A stretch of DNA of 64,000 bases from a virus (lineage: Duplodnaviria > Heunggongvirae > Uroviricota > Caudoviricetes): the IMG/VR virus record IMGVR_UViG_3300041405_000148, positions 89,310-153,309 of that record, one strand, 5' to 3'. The notes below the pieces were generated by a model. It was not told the origin of the DNA. It worked only from the letters and a program-made list of their open reading frames with translations, and did no database searches. The translations under genes and the position numbers were made by a program. Shown in pieces: positions 37,778 to 46,987 of the stretch. Numbering within the stretch: position 1 is the first letter of the stretch; each line of letters opens with the position of its first letter.

Positions 37778-38253
37778 TGACTGAGACTAAAAAATTAACA
37801 CCTTGTCAAGAACTTTCATTGGCAGTGAAACTTGCTGCTGAAGGTCACCTTAACCAAACAGATAAAGGTGGTAAACCTTATATCCTGCATCCTCTTAAAG
37901 TGATGCACTATCTTAAGACAGATGATATGCAACTTATGGCTATTGGTGTCCTTCATGATCACGGCGAAGATTGTGGAGGTACTTCTGAACAGTACCGTTC
38001 CTTAGGTTTTAGTGAAAGAGTTATCAGAGGTATTGACCTGTTGACAAAGAAGGATGGGATCTCTGACGATGAGTACATTGCAGCAATCAAAATGAATGTT
38101 GATGCTGTTAAGGTGAAGCTTGCTGACCTGCGTCACAACACTGATGTTCGTCGTTTGAAAGGTTTATCAGATAAAGACTTGCTTCGTATGCGTAAATATC
38201 ATAATATGCATGTGGAGTTAACAAAAGCACTTAAAATTCATGAGGGGTTATAA
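37778..38253 (+). CDS. small alarmone hydrolase (RelA/SpoT-type HD domain, (p)ppGpp hydrolase-like)
   Basis: AAEGHLNQTDKGGKPYILHPLKV...GVLHDHGED matches the SpoT HD hydrolase signature (H..Q.RK.G.PYI.HPL...LHD..ED). Confidence 0.65.
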
Positions 38254-38645
38254 TGCCAAAATTCAATAAAGGTGATAAAGTTGTACGTACAAATGGAAGC
38301 GCATTCGGATGTAAAGAAAGAGATATCGTAACTGTTGTGAGTTGTAACGATCGTCAGTTATCTCTTGAAGAACATATACATTTCACTTATGACCCAGATT
38401 ATTTTGAATTACTGGTGGAAGAAACGCTACCTGAAGTGCCAGATTCAACACGATATGAATGTGATATGTACCCAGGTCGAGACTTTATCCGTCTAATGAA
38501 AAAGAGAGATAGTGTGATAATTAAGACTGAAGAAGAAGATGAGTTTTCATCTGTCGTATTGTCAGTTGAAACTGCATTGGCTATGGCTTCCGACCTTCGT
38601 CGCATGGCTATGAAGATCAAACGTGAACAAGAAAGTTCTGAATAG
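38253..38645 (+). CDS. hypothetical protein, paralog of the 40914 gene (130 aa)
   Basis: MPKFNKGDKVVR...ASDLRRMAM versus MSKFNIGDVLVR...CHDLRRYAM. Its start overlaps the stop of the alarmone hydrolase gene. Confidence 0.5.
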   Translation: MPKFNKGDKVVRTNGSAFGCKERDIVTVVSCNDRQLSLEEHIHFTYDPDYFELLVEETLPEVPDSTRYECDMYPGRDFIRLMKKRDSVIIKTEEEDEFSSVVLSVETALAMASDLRRMAMKIKREQESSE

Positions 38646-38735
38646 TGTTTTTTCACACAGCACCAAGGATGGTGCTAAACCATTTTATGCAACTAATCTT
38701 AAATAACATTCATCCAAAAGGCCAGCGAGGAAAAT

Positions 38736-39131
38736 ATGGATACCTTACAACAATGGGTCACTCAAGCTTTGAAGTACCCTGTGATGGAAATTTATGGTGG
38801 AAAAGATTTAGCACAAACTAAAGAAGAGAAGCGTGTAATCAAAGTTTGTGAGGATATTTTTAAACTTAGTGCATCTACACCCTCAGAAAGTCTACCGAGA
38901 GTTGAAATGAGTGTAGCTTGGCGAGACTTGGAAGTGGCATTAAAGCTTACCACAACTGTTCCTGTGAAGCCTGAGTACATACAAGAACAAAAAGAAAAGT
39001 TCTTACAATCTGCGAAAGAGTTTATTATACTTCTTGAAACTACTTACAAAAAAGAACAAGTGCTGAAGGTTTACTATGAAAGTTGGAAACTTAAATATCA
39101 AGAAGTAAAAGAATTAGTTTATCACCTATAG
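38736..39131 (+). CDS. hypothetical protein (131 aa)
   Basis: ORF. Confidence 0.45.
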   Translation: MDTLQQWVTQALKYPVMEIYGGKDLAQTKEEKRVIKVCEDIFKLSASTPSESLPRVEMSVAWRDLEVALKLTTTVPVKPEYIQEQKEKFLQSAKEFIILLETTYKKEQVLKVYYESWKLKYQEVKELVYHL

Positions 39132-39142
39132 GAGATTATATA

Positions 39143-39451
39143 ATGGCTAAGTGGAATGAGACACTAGATTTATCTGATGTTTGGGAAAAAAGTAAATGGA
39201 ATGATAAAAATGTTCAGGAGTTAGGTAAAATTATTGCAGCTCGAATTCGAAAACTGAAATCCTTTAATGAAGAAGACTGGATTTTTGTGGGAGACTGTGT
39301 TGAACGGTTTGAAAATGTTTATCCATTTGAGGAGTTTATGGATGATCATGGTGAAATGCCTTACACACCAACTGAAGATTTTGATGAAGCAATGCGAGAG
39401 CTTTATGATTGGGCTGATTATAATCGGGTTTGGGTTAAAATCAATTTTTAA
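39143..39451 (+). CDS. hypothetical protein (102 aa)
   Basis: ORF. Confidence 0.45.
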   Translation: MAKWNETLDLSDVWEKSKWNDKNVQELGKIIAARIRKLKSFNEEDWIFVGDCVERFENVYPFEEFMDDHGEMPYTPTEDFDEAMRELYDWADYNRVWVKINF

Positions 39452-39465
39452 TTGAGGAGAAAATA

Positions 39466-39774
39466 ATGAACGAGAATCTAAATTTAAAACGTGCTGTTGA
39501 AATGCATCGTGAGTTTGCTGCTTTAGATAGCAGCCTTTTTCTTGACTTTGATTTGATTGAGAACATCTGGACACGTGCCTCTCAGGATGAAATTAATTGG
39601 AATAGTGATAATAACGAAGAGGATCTTCAGTCAGGTAATGGTAAAACCTACAGCATTGAAACTTATCGTGGAGCACTTTATGAAGATGATGATTACCTAT
39701 TGATTTTAGGTGATAATGGTTGTGGTGATAAAAGTTATTATCTTTTCCTGAAAGAGCGGGAGCTTTCATCATGA
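39466..39774 (+). CDS. hypothetical protein (102 aa)
   Basis: ORF. Confidence 0.45.
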   Translation: MNENLNLKRAVEMHREFAALDSSLFLDFDLIENIWTRASQDEINWNSDNNEEDLQSGNGKTYSIETYRGALYEDDDYLLILGDNGCGDKSYYLFLKERELSS

Positions 39775-40016
39775 GGTTTCAAATTGTAAAAGAGATAATG
39801 GCCGATGGGTTTGTTAGGTTTTATATAAGAAAAAAGGATTTTCTTTTTTGGGAGAAAGTAAAGTCTTATAAGAATTCGCACTCAGGGGAAATTCTATACT
39901 TTACAGATTTAATGGATGCACAGATCAAAGTTTGTGAGTACGTTGATAAAGAGCTTTCAAAGACTAAATTAGAGTCTGAGGTAGTTTGGGATTCTTTTAC
40001 AAAAGAAGGAGATTAA
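39771..40016 (+). CDS. hypothetical protein (81 aa)
   Basis: ORF. Confidence 0.4.
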   Translation: MRFQIVKEIMADGFVRFYIRKKDFLFWEKVKSYKNSHSGEILYFTDLMDAQIKVCEYVDKELSKTKLESEVVWDSFTKEGD

Positions 40017-40017
40017 A

Positions 40018-40404
40018 GTGAATTTAAATGAAATTTTGGATATACAACCTCAAGTCATTGAAGTTGAATTTGGACCAGAACCAAGTTTACGTCAGTTGAT
40101 TGAGAAATATTACGAGCCACACTTCCCTGAGGATTACAAAGATTATGTGGAAAGTTACCTATGCAAGCTACAAGAAATGGTTTCTGGATCTCCAATTAAA
40201 GTTGGTGATCATGTGCAGGTAGTTTTTGATGCCAGAGAGGGTTCACCTACCTCTTTGGTTAACTATGGTGTTAACCTTGAAGATGTTGGCGTTGTAACCA
40301 GTTTAGTTAAAGATGAATTATTCCCTGTTAGTGTTGATTTTGGCAATGGAAAAGAAATTGCTTTTACAGAGAAAGAACTGAGGAAAATTTATGTTGAAGT
40401 ATAA
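40018..40404 (+). CDS. hypothetical protein (128 aa)
   Basis: ORF with a GTG start. Confidence 0.4.
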   Translation: MNLNEILDIQPQVIEVEFGPEPSLRQLIEKYYEPHFPEDYKDYVESYLCKLQEMVSGSPIKVGDHVQVVFDAREGSPTSLVNYGVNLEDVGVVTSLVKDELFPVSVDFGNGKEIAFTEKELRKIYVEV

Positions 40405-40897
40405 AGTTGGTGATCTGATTGAAGCTGCTAAAAGTGGAGAAGTGCATGTTATAGCACACTGCTGTAATTGCCTTCATTCTATGGCGAGCGGGATCGCCCC
40501 TTTAATTAAAGAGGCTTTCCCTTACGCTTATGAAGCTGACCTAGAAACTGCAAAAGCAGATCCTAAGAAATTAGGTACAGTAAGTTATGGCATAGCAGAG
40601 CCTGAAGATTGGACAGACACAGTATATTGTCCTGATGTATTTAATCTTTATGGTCAATACAGCTACACCAAACGTAGAACCGGTGGCAGGGATCTTAATT
40701 ACGATGCACTTTATGACTCTCTTGTTGCAATGACTAAGAAGTTAAATGAGTGGGGAACCGAAAAACTGGAGACACGTATTGGTTTACCTATGCTTGGAGC
40801 AGGACTCGCAAATGGTGATTGGGATATCATAGAAATGATGATCAAGAAGACCTTGTGCTCTGCTGGATTTAATGTTACTATCTACACACTAAATTAA
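40391..40897 (+). CDS. macro domain protein (ADP-ribose binding/hydrolase)
   Basis: HVIAHCCNCLHSMASGIAPLIKEAFP and LPMLGAGLANGDW match the macro-domain signature. Confidence 0.6.
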   Translation: MLKYKVGDLIEAAKSGEVHVIAHCCNCLHSMASGIAPLIKEAFPYAYEADLETAKADPKKLGTVSYGIAEPEDWTDTVYCPDVFNLYGQYSYTKRRTGGRDLNYDALYDSLVAMTKKLNEWGTEKLETRIGLPMLGAGLANGDWDIIEMMIKKTLCSAGFNVTIYTLN

Positions 40898-40913
40898 AGA
40901 GGGGTAAAATATT

Positions 40914-41339
40914 ATGAGTAAATTTAATATTGGTGATGTCTTAGTTCGAGCTAAGTGGCATAACACTGATCCAAATTTGGTGGGTACTGTGAGTCAAGCT
41001 GATATTTATGGTGTTGGTGAGCTAATCATTACAGAAAGTAACACAAAGGACTACCCAGTTGGTTATGTTTATCTTTATTCACCAGATGCATGGAATCTTA
41101 AAGAAGAACAAGAAGAGGAAAAACTTCCAGAAATGCCTGATGAAGTGACTTACAGGGGTTCAGGACGTGAGTTGACAGTGGCACCTTATCATACCAGTCT
41201 AGGTGATATCTTTATTGGGATACGTACTGACGGAGGGTATGGGGTTCAGACTATGCACATGGATGCAGAAGATGTATTATCTCTTTGCCATGATCTTCGT
41301 CGCTACGCTATGGATGCTATCCGTAACCGTGATAAATAA
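40914..41339 (+). CDS. hypothetical protein, paralog of the 38253 gene (141 aa)
   Basis: See the 38253 entry. Immediately follows the macro-domain gene. Confidence 0.5.
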   Translation: MSKFNIGDVLVRAKWHNTDPNLVGTVSQADIYGVGELIITESNTKDYPVGYVYLYSPDAWNLKEEQEEEKLPEMPDEVTYRGSGRELTVAPYHTSLGDIFIGIRTDGGYGVQTMHMDAEDVLSLCHDLRRYAMDAIRNRDK

Positions 41340-41351
41340 GAGGGTACACAT

Positions 41352-41510
41352 ATGCAAGTAAGATATTACTACTGCAAGTCCTGTGGTTATGAAGAGTTTA
41401 ATATTTGGGCAGGTTATGCACGTACTGTTGGCAATGGTATGCTATTTTATTGCCCTGCTTGTAATAAAGAGAACTTTGTTGATGTTGAGGAGGAGGAGGA
41501 GGAGTAATGT
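41352..41510 (+). CDS. small Zn-ribbon protein (about 52 aa)
   Basis: CKSCG...CPACN with an acidic EEEEEE tail. Confidence 0.35.
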
Positions 41511-41839
41511 CTTATAGCAAGATGTACATTGCTGTATTGGATGAAGCACCGGATTACATGACTCCAACTCTGGTAGCACATTCTGTTCTTGCTGCTCACC
41601 TGAAATTTCAGGATGAAGAAATTTATAAAAAGTGGTTGACGGACTCATTCAGGAAGGTTACATTACGTGTCAACAGAAGAGAGTTCGACAAAATCAGAAG
41701 TACACTGGTTTGTCACGAAGGGCATGAAAACACGATCTGCAATGCAGAAGCAAGTTGCTTGGTTGTGATGCCAGTAGAAGCTGAATCTATTCCAAATGTT
41801 CTTAAATTTGGTAAACTGTGGAAACCAAAACAAGCTTAA
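41507..41839 (+). CDS. PTH2-like (peptidyl-tRNA hydrolase 2 family) protein
   Basis: KMYIAVLDEAPDYMTPTLVAHSVLAAH...W...FRKVTLRV...C..LVVMP matches the PTH2 pattern in length and motifs. Confidence 0.35.
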   Translation: MSYSKMYIAVLDEAPDYMTPTLVAHSVLAAHLKFQDEEIYKKWLTDSFRKVTLRVNRREFDKIRSTLVCHEGHENTICNAEASCLVVMPVEAESIPNVLKFGKLWKPKQA

Positions 41840-41850
41840 GGAGAAAATAA

Positions 41851-42252
41851 ATGACATTGGTAGAAAAACTTAAACAAGACCAACTGAATGCACGTAAAGA
41901 AGGTGACACTGCTAAAGCGTCTAACCTGACTTTCCTGCTGGGACAACTTTCACAGAAGAAGACACCAACTGACCAAGATGCAATTGACCTGATCCGTGCA
42001 ACAGTTAAATCCACTAAAGCTGCATATAAAGATGAACTGCCTACATCTGTATCATATGACATTCAGATCATGGAGAGTTATCTTCCAAGTGAATTGACAG
42101 ATGATGAAATTTATACTTTCCTGGATTCCGCTCGTGATTCAGGGGATAAGATCACTAAAGCTTATATGGGTAAAATCAATCTGTTTGCTAAAGCTCAGGG
42201 CAAGATTGTGAACAATGCCAATGCTTCTCTGATTCTCCAAGCTTATATTTAA
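41851..42252 (+). CDS. GatB/YqeY domain protein
   Basis: LKQDQLNARKEGD...LLGQL...YLPSELTDDEI...MGKINLFAKAQGK...ASLIL matches the YqeY family. Confidence 0.55.
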   Translation: MTLVEKLKQDQLNARKEGDTAKASNLTFLLGQLSQKKTPTDQDAIDLIRATVKSTKAAYKDELPTSVSYDIQIMESYLPSELTDDEIYTFLDSARDSGDKITKAYMGKINLFAKAQGKIVNNANASLILQAYI

Positions 42253-42255
42253 GAG

Positions 42256-42963
42256 GTGAAAATGAAAATTAAATTGTTAAATCTTGCTCCATATTGTGGT
42301 GTTGGCAACATTAAATTTCCTGTAATCGTAGAATGTTCTGGGGAATTTGATTTAAGCGGTGATACAGAAATTTTAGGTTCCGAAATCATTCGCCTCGGCG
42401 GGAATGAAGACGCTTTCATAGAGTCTCTCCCTTATACTGTTTATGAAGATTCGTTTGAACTAATTGAAACACAAAATAAAACCCACTGGACTCAGCTTGA
42501 AGCTGGTGATATCATTCTTGTAGAAGGTGTTGAACGCACAGTTGACGATATTGAGTATCTACGTATTTCTGGGACTGATCTTGAGGGTGATTATACTATT
42601 TCATTAAAAGAGGAAGACGTTGGAGATTTAGAGTGTACATGTGGGACATGGTTTAACACACAAAAACACCCTTGGTCTTTTGTTCGCAAAGCAGGGCAGA
42701 AAGCTGAAGAAGTGACTTCAGAAGAAGGTGAAGAGATCCCAAAAGATGTTTCTGAGGATTTTCTTTATATCGCAGATTATGGAAGCTCAGGAAGGATGTT
42801 ATCCGTTGAAAAACTTACGTTTGATAGCATCATGCTTCAAATGAGGTCTTATGAAAACAGATTTTTAGCTGGAGTAACTTTTACCCCAGAGCAGACAATT
42901 GAATTTGCAGAAGATCTACTTCGCCTTGCAAATCAAATGATTGAAGATGAAGGGGGTAAATAG
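42256..42963 (+). CDS. hypothetical protein (235 aa). Its N-terminal domain is paralogous to the 43733 gene.
   Basis: MKMKIKLLNLAPYCGVGNIKFPVIVE versus MIMKVLLLNSANYGDMQNVNFPVEVE. Confidence 0.5.
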   Translation: MKMKIKLLNLAPYCGVGNIKFPVIVECSGEFDLSGDTEILGSEIIRLGGNEDAFIESLPYTVYEDSFELIETQNKTHWTQLEAGDIILVEGVERTVDDIEYLRISGTDLEGDYTISLKEEDVGDLECTCGTWFNTQKHPWSFVRKAGQKAEEVTSEEGEEIPKDVSEDFLYIADYGSSGRMLSVEKLTFDSIMLQMRSYENRFLAGVTFTPEQTIEFAEDLLRLANQMIEDEGGK

Positions 42964-42965
42964 AG

Positions 42966-43211
42966 ATGATTTATTGGATTTACTGGGTCTTTGCCGTAAC
43001 TTCCTTTATTATCTTTTTCTCCTTACTTTATCAAGAGGAAGCAAGAAGTTCAAACGGTTGGGTGACAGGTGATGATGTTATGTTATTTCTCCTTTTTACC
43101 ATATTACCCACCATCTTTTGGCCTTTAGCGTGGTCGTTAATTATCTTGTATTTTTTGATAATCAAACCTTTGATTTACCTTAACAAGAAAATTTATGAGA
43201 AAAATCATTGA
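42966..43211 (+). CDS. small membrane protein (81 aa)
   Basis: Two or three TM helices. Confidence 0.45.
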   Translation: MIYWIYWVFAVTSFIIFFSLLYQEEARSSNGWVTGDDVMLFLLFTILPTIFWPLAWSLIILYFLIIKPLIYLNKKIYEKNH

Positions 43212-43220
43212 GGAGTAATT

Positions 43221-43436
43221 ATGAAAAAACTTGTTGTAATCTTAGCTCTGGTCATGATATCTTCTGTGTCCTCAGCGGCTGATGGTAAGCCAGACGTTAA
43301 AGAAATTTATGATGGTTGGGATGTTGATAAAATTTATGTTATGACTGACATCGAACGGGGTAAATGGTGTTATATTGTACGGGATACTGGCCGGGTTGGT
43401 TTGCAATGCTTCGACATCAAAGAAGGAGATAAATAA
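43221..43436 (+). CDS. small secreted protein (71 aa)
   Basis: Signal peptide MKKLVVILALVMISSVSSA. Confidence 0.45.
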   Translation: MKKLVVILALVMISSVSSAADGKPDVKEIYDGWDVDKIYVMTDIERGKWCYIVRDTGRVGLQCFDIKEGDK

Positions 43437-43672
43437 TGAGACTGAGAATGTATAAAGGTATTGATGAGAAGGATGGAGCTTTGTCTCTCTTTTTGGTATC
43501 AACTAAAGGTACAGCATGTTCCTTTTACTTAGGTGAGGGAGACCCTTGGGAAGACAAAGAAACTTTCCTTGACCTATATGGTATGGATTGTGATATGGTT
43601 CTGTTTGTTGACACATATGAATACATTGATTCAGTGAAAAATGCTGAACTTATTTGGGAAATTGTTGAATAA
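43436..43672 (+). CDS. hypothetical protein (78 aa)
   Basis: ORF. Confidence 0.4.
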   Translation: MRLRMYKGIDEKDGALSLFLVSTKGTACSFYLGEGDPWEDKETFLDLYGMDCDMVLFVDTYEYIDSVKNAELIWEIVE

Positions 43673-43732
43673 ATTTACTTGACTTAAGATTCTGATGAGG
43701 TATACTTACCTCATCAAGACAACAAAGAGGAA

Positions 43733-43978
43733 GTGATTATGAAAGTGTTACTGTTAAATTCTGCTAACTACGGTGATATGCAAAATGTTAATTTTCCTGT
43801 TGAAGTAGAGGCAACAGAAGCTGAAGCAACAGAAGCTGAAGCTCTAGGGTGCTACGTTAAAGGCTCTGAACTTCTTCGGGTAGGTGCAACACAAACAAAA
43901 GAAGACCCTTGGGATGAAGATTTCGATTACTACTTTAGCCACTTTCGTAATCAGTTTGTTAAAATAAATCAAGACTAA
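43733..43978 (+). CDS. hypothetical protein (81 aa) with an EATEAEATEAEA tandem repeat
   Basis: 12-bp tandem repeat gcaacagaagct at 43807-43842. Confidence 0.45.
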   Translation: MIMKVLLLNSANYGDMQNVNFPVEVEATEAEATEAEALGCYVKGSELLRVGATQTKEDPWDEDFDYYFSHFRNQFVKINQD

Positions 43979-44018
43979 TTAAAAACTTAGAAATTAAATC
44001 ATTATAGAGGAGTTACAC

Positions 44019-44993
44019 ATGACGCATCACTTCGGTTTTCCAATGCTGGACATTATCGTCCTTGTATCGGTTCTTATTTTATCAATTGGAGTTGACTTCC
44101 TAGGTCATAAAGATGGAAAAGAAATTGGGATTAAATCTGCTCTAGCTTGGTCAGGTTTTTGGATTGCACTAGCCTTAGGCTATTATGCCTTTGTGTGGGT
44201 TGAATATGGAAAAGAATTTGCATCTATGTTTCTTAGCGGTTATGTGCTTGAGAAATCATTGAGTGTTGATAACCTGGTTGTTTTTGCAGCTATCTTTGCA
44301 AGCTTTGGTATTCGTAGTACAGCACTGCAACATAAGATTCTGCTCTTGGGGATTGCAGGTGCAATTATTTTCCGAGGTATCTTTGTTGCACTAGGTACGG
44401 AATTGTTTCATCTTCACTGGTCAGTTCAGATCTTTTTTGGTATAATCGTAGCATGGTCTGCGTATGCAATCATTAAAGGTGGTGATGAAGAGGAAGAGGT
44501 CGATTATACAAAGCATTGGGCTGTTAAGTGGGTTAATAAGATTATCCCAGTAGGTGGCACTAACGGTGACAAGCTAATCACAAAAGTCGGTAAAAAATGG
44601 TATGCTACTCCTGCACTCGTTTGTGTGGCTGTTGTTGAGCTGACAGATATTATGTTCTCACTAGATAGTGTACCTGTGGTTATCTCAGTGACCCAAGAAC
44701 CTCTGCTAGTTTATTCAGCAATGCTGTTTGCAATCTTAGGTCTTCGTGCTCTGTATTTTGTACTCAGTGTTGCGATGAAGTACTTGGTTCATCTGGAAAA
44801 GGCTGTAGCTCTTGTTCTAGTGTTTGTTGGTGGTAAGATGATTTACCATGCAATGAATGAACAGTTCCACCTGAGCACCTTTGATATCTCTGTTAACGCA
44901 AGTTTGTATGTTGTACTGGGCACACTTGCAGCAGGCGTTATTGCGAGTCTGGTGTTTCCAAACAAGGAACCTGAAGAAGAAACTATCGTATAA
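44019..44993 (+). CDS. terC: TerC family integral membrane protein
   Basis: Multi-TM protein with the EKSLSVDNLVVF signature of the TerC family. Confidence 0.8.
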   Translation: MTHHFGFPMLDIIVLVSVLILSIGVDFLGHKDGKEIGIKSALAWSGFWIALALGYYAFVWVEYGKEFASMFLSGYVLEKSLSVDNLVVFAAIFASFGIRSTALQHKILLLGIAGAIIFRGIFVALGTELFHLHWSVQIFFGIIVAWSAYAIIKGGDEEEEVDYTKHWAVKWVNKIIPVGGTNGDKLITKVGKKWYATPALVCVAVVELTDIMFSLDSVPVVISVTQEPLLVYSAMLFAILGLRALYFVLSVAMKYLVHLEKAVALVLVFVGGKMIYHAMNEQFHLSTFDISVNASLYVVLGTLAAGVIASLVFPNKEPEEETIV

Positions 44994-45001
44994 TCAACAA
45001 A

Positions 45002-45024
45002 AGCCCCCATCAAGGGGCTTTTTA
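45002..45024 (+). terminator. rho-independent terminator
   Basis: agcccc-catcaa-ggggct followed by ttttt. Confidence 0.7.
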
Positions 45025-45042
45025 ATTGAGAAGGGGCTTGCA

Positions 45043-45216
45043 TGGCTAAGTATATTGAGGTAACATTGGTTGTAGAAATTCCAGATGTTGCAGAAGAAAA
45101 AGATATCAAAGATTTCGTAGATGTTCATTTTGCAGAATGCAATAGTATGCAGATGAACAATCCGATTCAGGATAATTATGAAATCGTAGAGCATTACTGG
45201 GAAATTTCCCAATAAT
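45043..45216 (+). CDS. small hypothetical protein (57 aa)
   Basis: ATG ORF (MAKYIEVTLVVEIPD...). Confidence 0.3.
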
Positions 45217-45243
45217 TAGATTCTTAGTATAAGAGGAGCTAAA

Positions 45244-45447
45244 ATGAAAAAGTTTTTTAACATTTTGTGGGTGATTTATACATGCGTTGCTGAGATTGTT
45301 GGTACATTTATCATTATCATGTTTATTCTTTCTTTGTTTGGTCATGGTAAGTTTGAGGTTGGTCACGGTAATTGGCAGCAATGTTTCGGTGATTGCCAAA
45401 AAGTTGAACAAAACTCTGTTAATCCTGTAAAAGAAGAGGTAAAATAA
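45244..45447 (+). CDS. small membrane protein (67 aa)
   Basis: TM helix. Confidence 0.4.
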   Translation: MKKFFNILWVIYTCVAEIVGTFIIIMFILSLFGHGKFEVGHGNWQQCFGDCQKVEQNSVNPVKEEVK

Positions 45448-45938
45448 TGACTCAAGAATATGTTAAATGTCTTAGTAAATTTTCTGGTGTAACTGTGGGT
45501 GAAGTTTATCCTATTGTTCAGCGTGAAGAGAATTCTTTTTGTCTAATCAATGATGCTGGCAAACAAGATGTTTGGTGGCTAGCTGATGGTGAGTTTGAAT
45601 TAGTTGATGGGCCTGAAGAAGTTAAGGAAGAGAGTAAAGCCACTCGTGAAATGAAGTTCTCAACTAAAGAAGGATCTGCTGTTGTCCATTATAAATCAGG
45701 TCAGACTTTCCATATCAGTTATCTGACACATATGGTAGTGGCAGGAAGTAGAGTTCAGGTAACACGTGAGTATACTCAGGATGGTATAGAGTTTTCTCAA
45801 ACTGCATACATCCCTTTTGAAAAGTTCGGTAAGGTTATTTGTCAAGCTTATAATGGAGAGTTAGAAATAACACTTTCCAAAGATGGAAAACTGAGTTATC
45901 CTACAGTTGTAGAAAAGAAAGAAATGTTCTTTAACTAA
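45447..45938 (+). CDS. hypothetical protein (163 aa)
   Basis: ORF. Confidence 0.5.
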   Translation: MTQEYVKCLSKFSGVTVGEVYPIVQREENSFCLINDAGKQDVWWLADGEFELVDGPEEVKEESKATREMKFSTKEGSAVVHYKSGQTFHISYLTHMVVAGSRVQVTREYTQDGIEFSQTAYIPFEKFGKVICQAYNGELEITLSKDGKLSYPTVVEKKEMFFN

Positions 45939-45963
45939 TTAAATAAACTAAGAGGAAATAAAC

Positions 45964-46671
45964 ATGACTAAACTATCACTTGAAAAACGTACCGAAAATG
46001 TTAAACTATCTCTGGAGAAAGCTGGTGTTCAGCGTAAAGATATCTGTGTCCGTGTAGGTCTGGCACTTGATAAATCTGGTTCAGCTGAAATCTTTTATCA
46101 CAACGGTCAGTTTGAAGAGTTGGTTGACCGACTGCTGCCAGTCAGCGCAAATATGGATGATGATGGCACGATTGACACTTGGCTGTTCCACAATGAATCT
46201 ATGGAAGTTGGTCCAGCTACACCTAAAAATTATGGTAGCTTTATCTCCAAAGAAGTTATGCAGGGTAAATACCGCAGTGATTGGGGTGGCACAGAATATG
46301 CACCAGTTATGAAAGATATTCATCACTTTTACTTTGGTTATGAGCAGAAGAGAAGTTTCTTTGGTTTCGGTGGTGGCAAGAAAGCTGTAACTGATTCAAA
46401 TATCCCTGCTTTGGTGTTCTTCATCACAGATGGCGCTAACAGCGACCATTCTGAGACCATCAAACTGCTTGACAGCATTAAAGATGAGCCTGTATACTGG
46501 ATGACAGTTGGTGTTGGCCGGGAAGACCAGTTTACTTTCCTGAAACAGATTGCTTCCCGTTATGATAATGTTGGTTTTGTTAATTTCAGTAATCTGAACA
46601 TCAGTGATGATGAAATGTATAATGCCATTCTGGATGGTGAACTGGCTGAGTGGATTAATAAAGTTTGCTAA
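45964..46671 (+). CDS. vWA domain protein (ter-associated, TerY-like)
   Basis: MIDAS residues: LDKSGSA (DxSxS), TEYAP (T), FITDGANSD (DG). Confidence 0.6.
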   Translation: MTKLSLEKRTENVKLSLEKAGVQRKDICVRVGLALDKSGSAEIFYHNGQFEELVDRLLPVSANMDDDGTIDTWLFHNESMEVGPATPKNYGSFISKEVMQGKYRSDWGGTEYAPVMKDIHHFYFGYEQKRSFFGFGGGKKAVTDSNIPALVFFITDGANSDHSETIKLLDSIKDEPVYWMTVGVGREDQFTFLKQIASRYDNVGFVNFSNLNISDDEMYNAILDGELAEWINKVC

Positions 46672-46958
46672 GGAGCACTAATATGACTAAAGAAGAATAC
46701 CTAGAGCAACTGAAGGTTGGTGATACCCTTACACGCTTCTTTCATGGCGCAGGATTTGTTACCCAAGGTGAAGAAATGGAGGTTGTTCATCTAACAGATT
46801 CTCGCATCTGGTTAGAAGAAAAAATGGAAAATCAGGTTGACTATAAAGCAGATAGTGTTTATAGTTATGACAGAAAAACAGGTAAACAATATACTGATCA
46901 ATTTAGCTTTGGTATGTATCACACTATTGAACTGCCAAACTCTAAAGCCCCCGACTAA
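46665..46958 (+). CDS. hypothetical protein (97 aa)
   Basis: ORF. Confidence 0.4.
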   Translation: MLRSTNMTKEEYLEQLKVGDTLTRFFHGAGFVTQGEEMEVVHLTDSRIWLEEKMENQVDYKADSVYSYDRKTGKQYTDQFSFGMYHTIELPNSKAPD

Positions 46959-46987
46959 TAATTTTTTAACAAAAGAGGAAATAAAAT

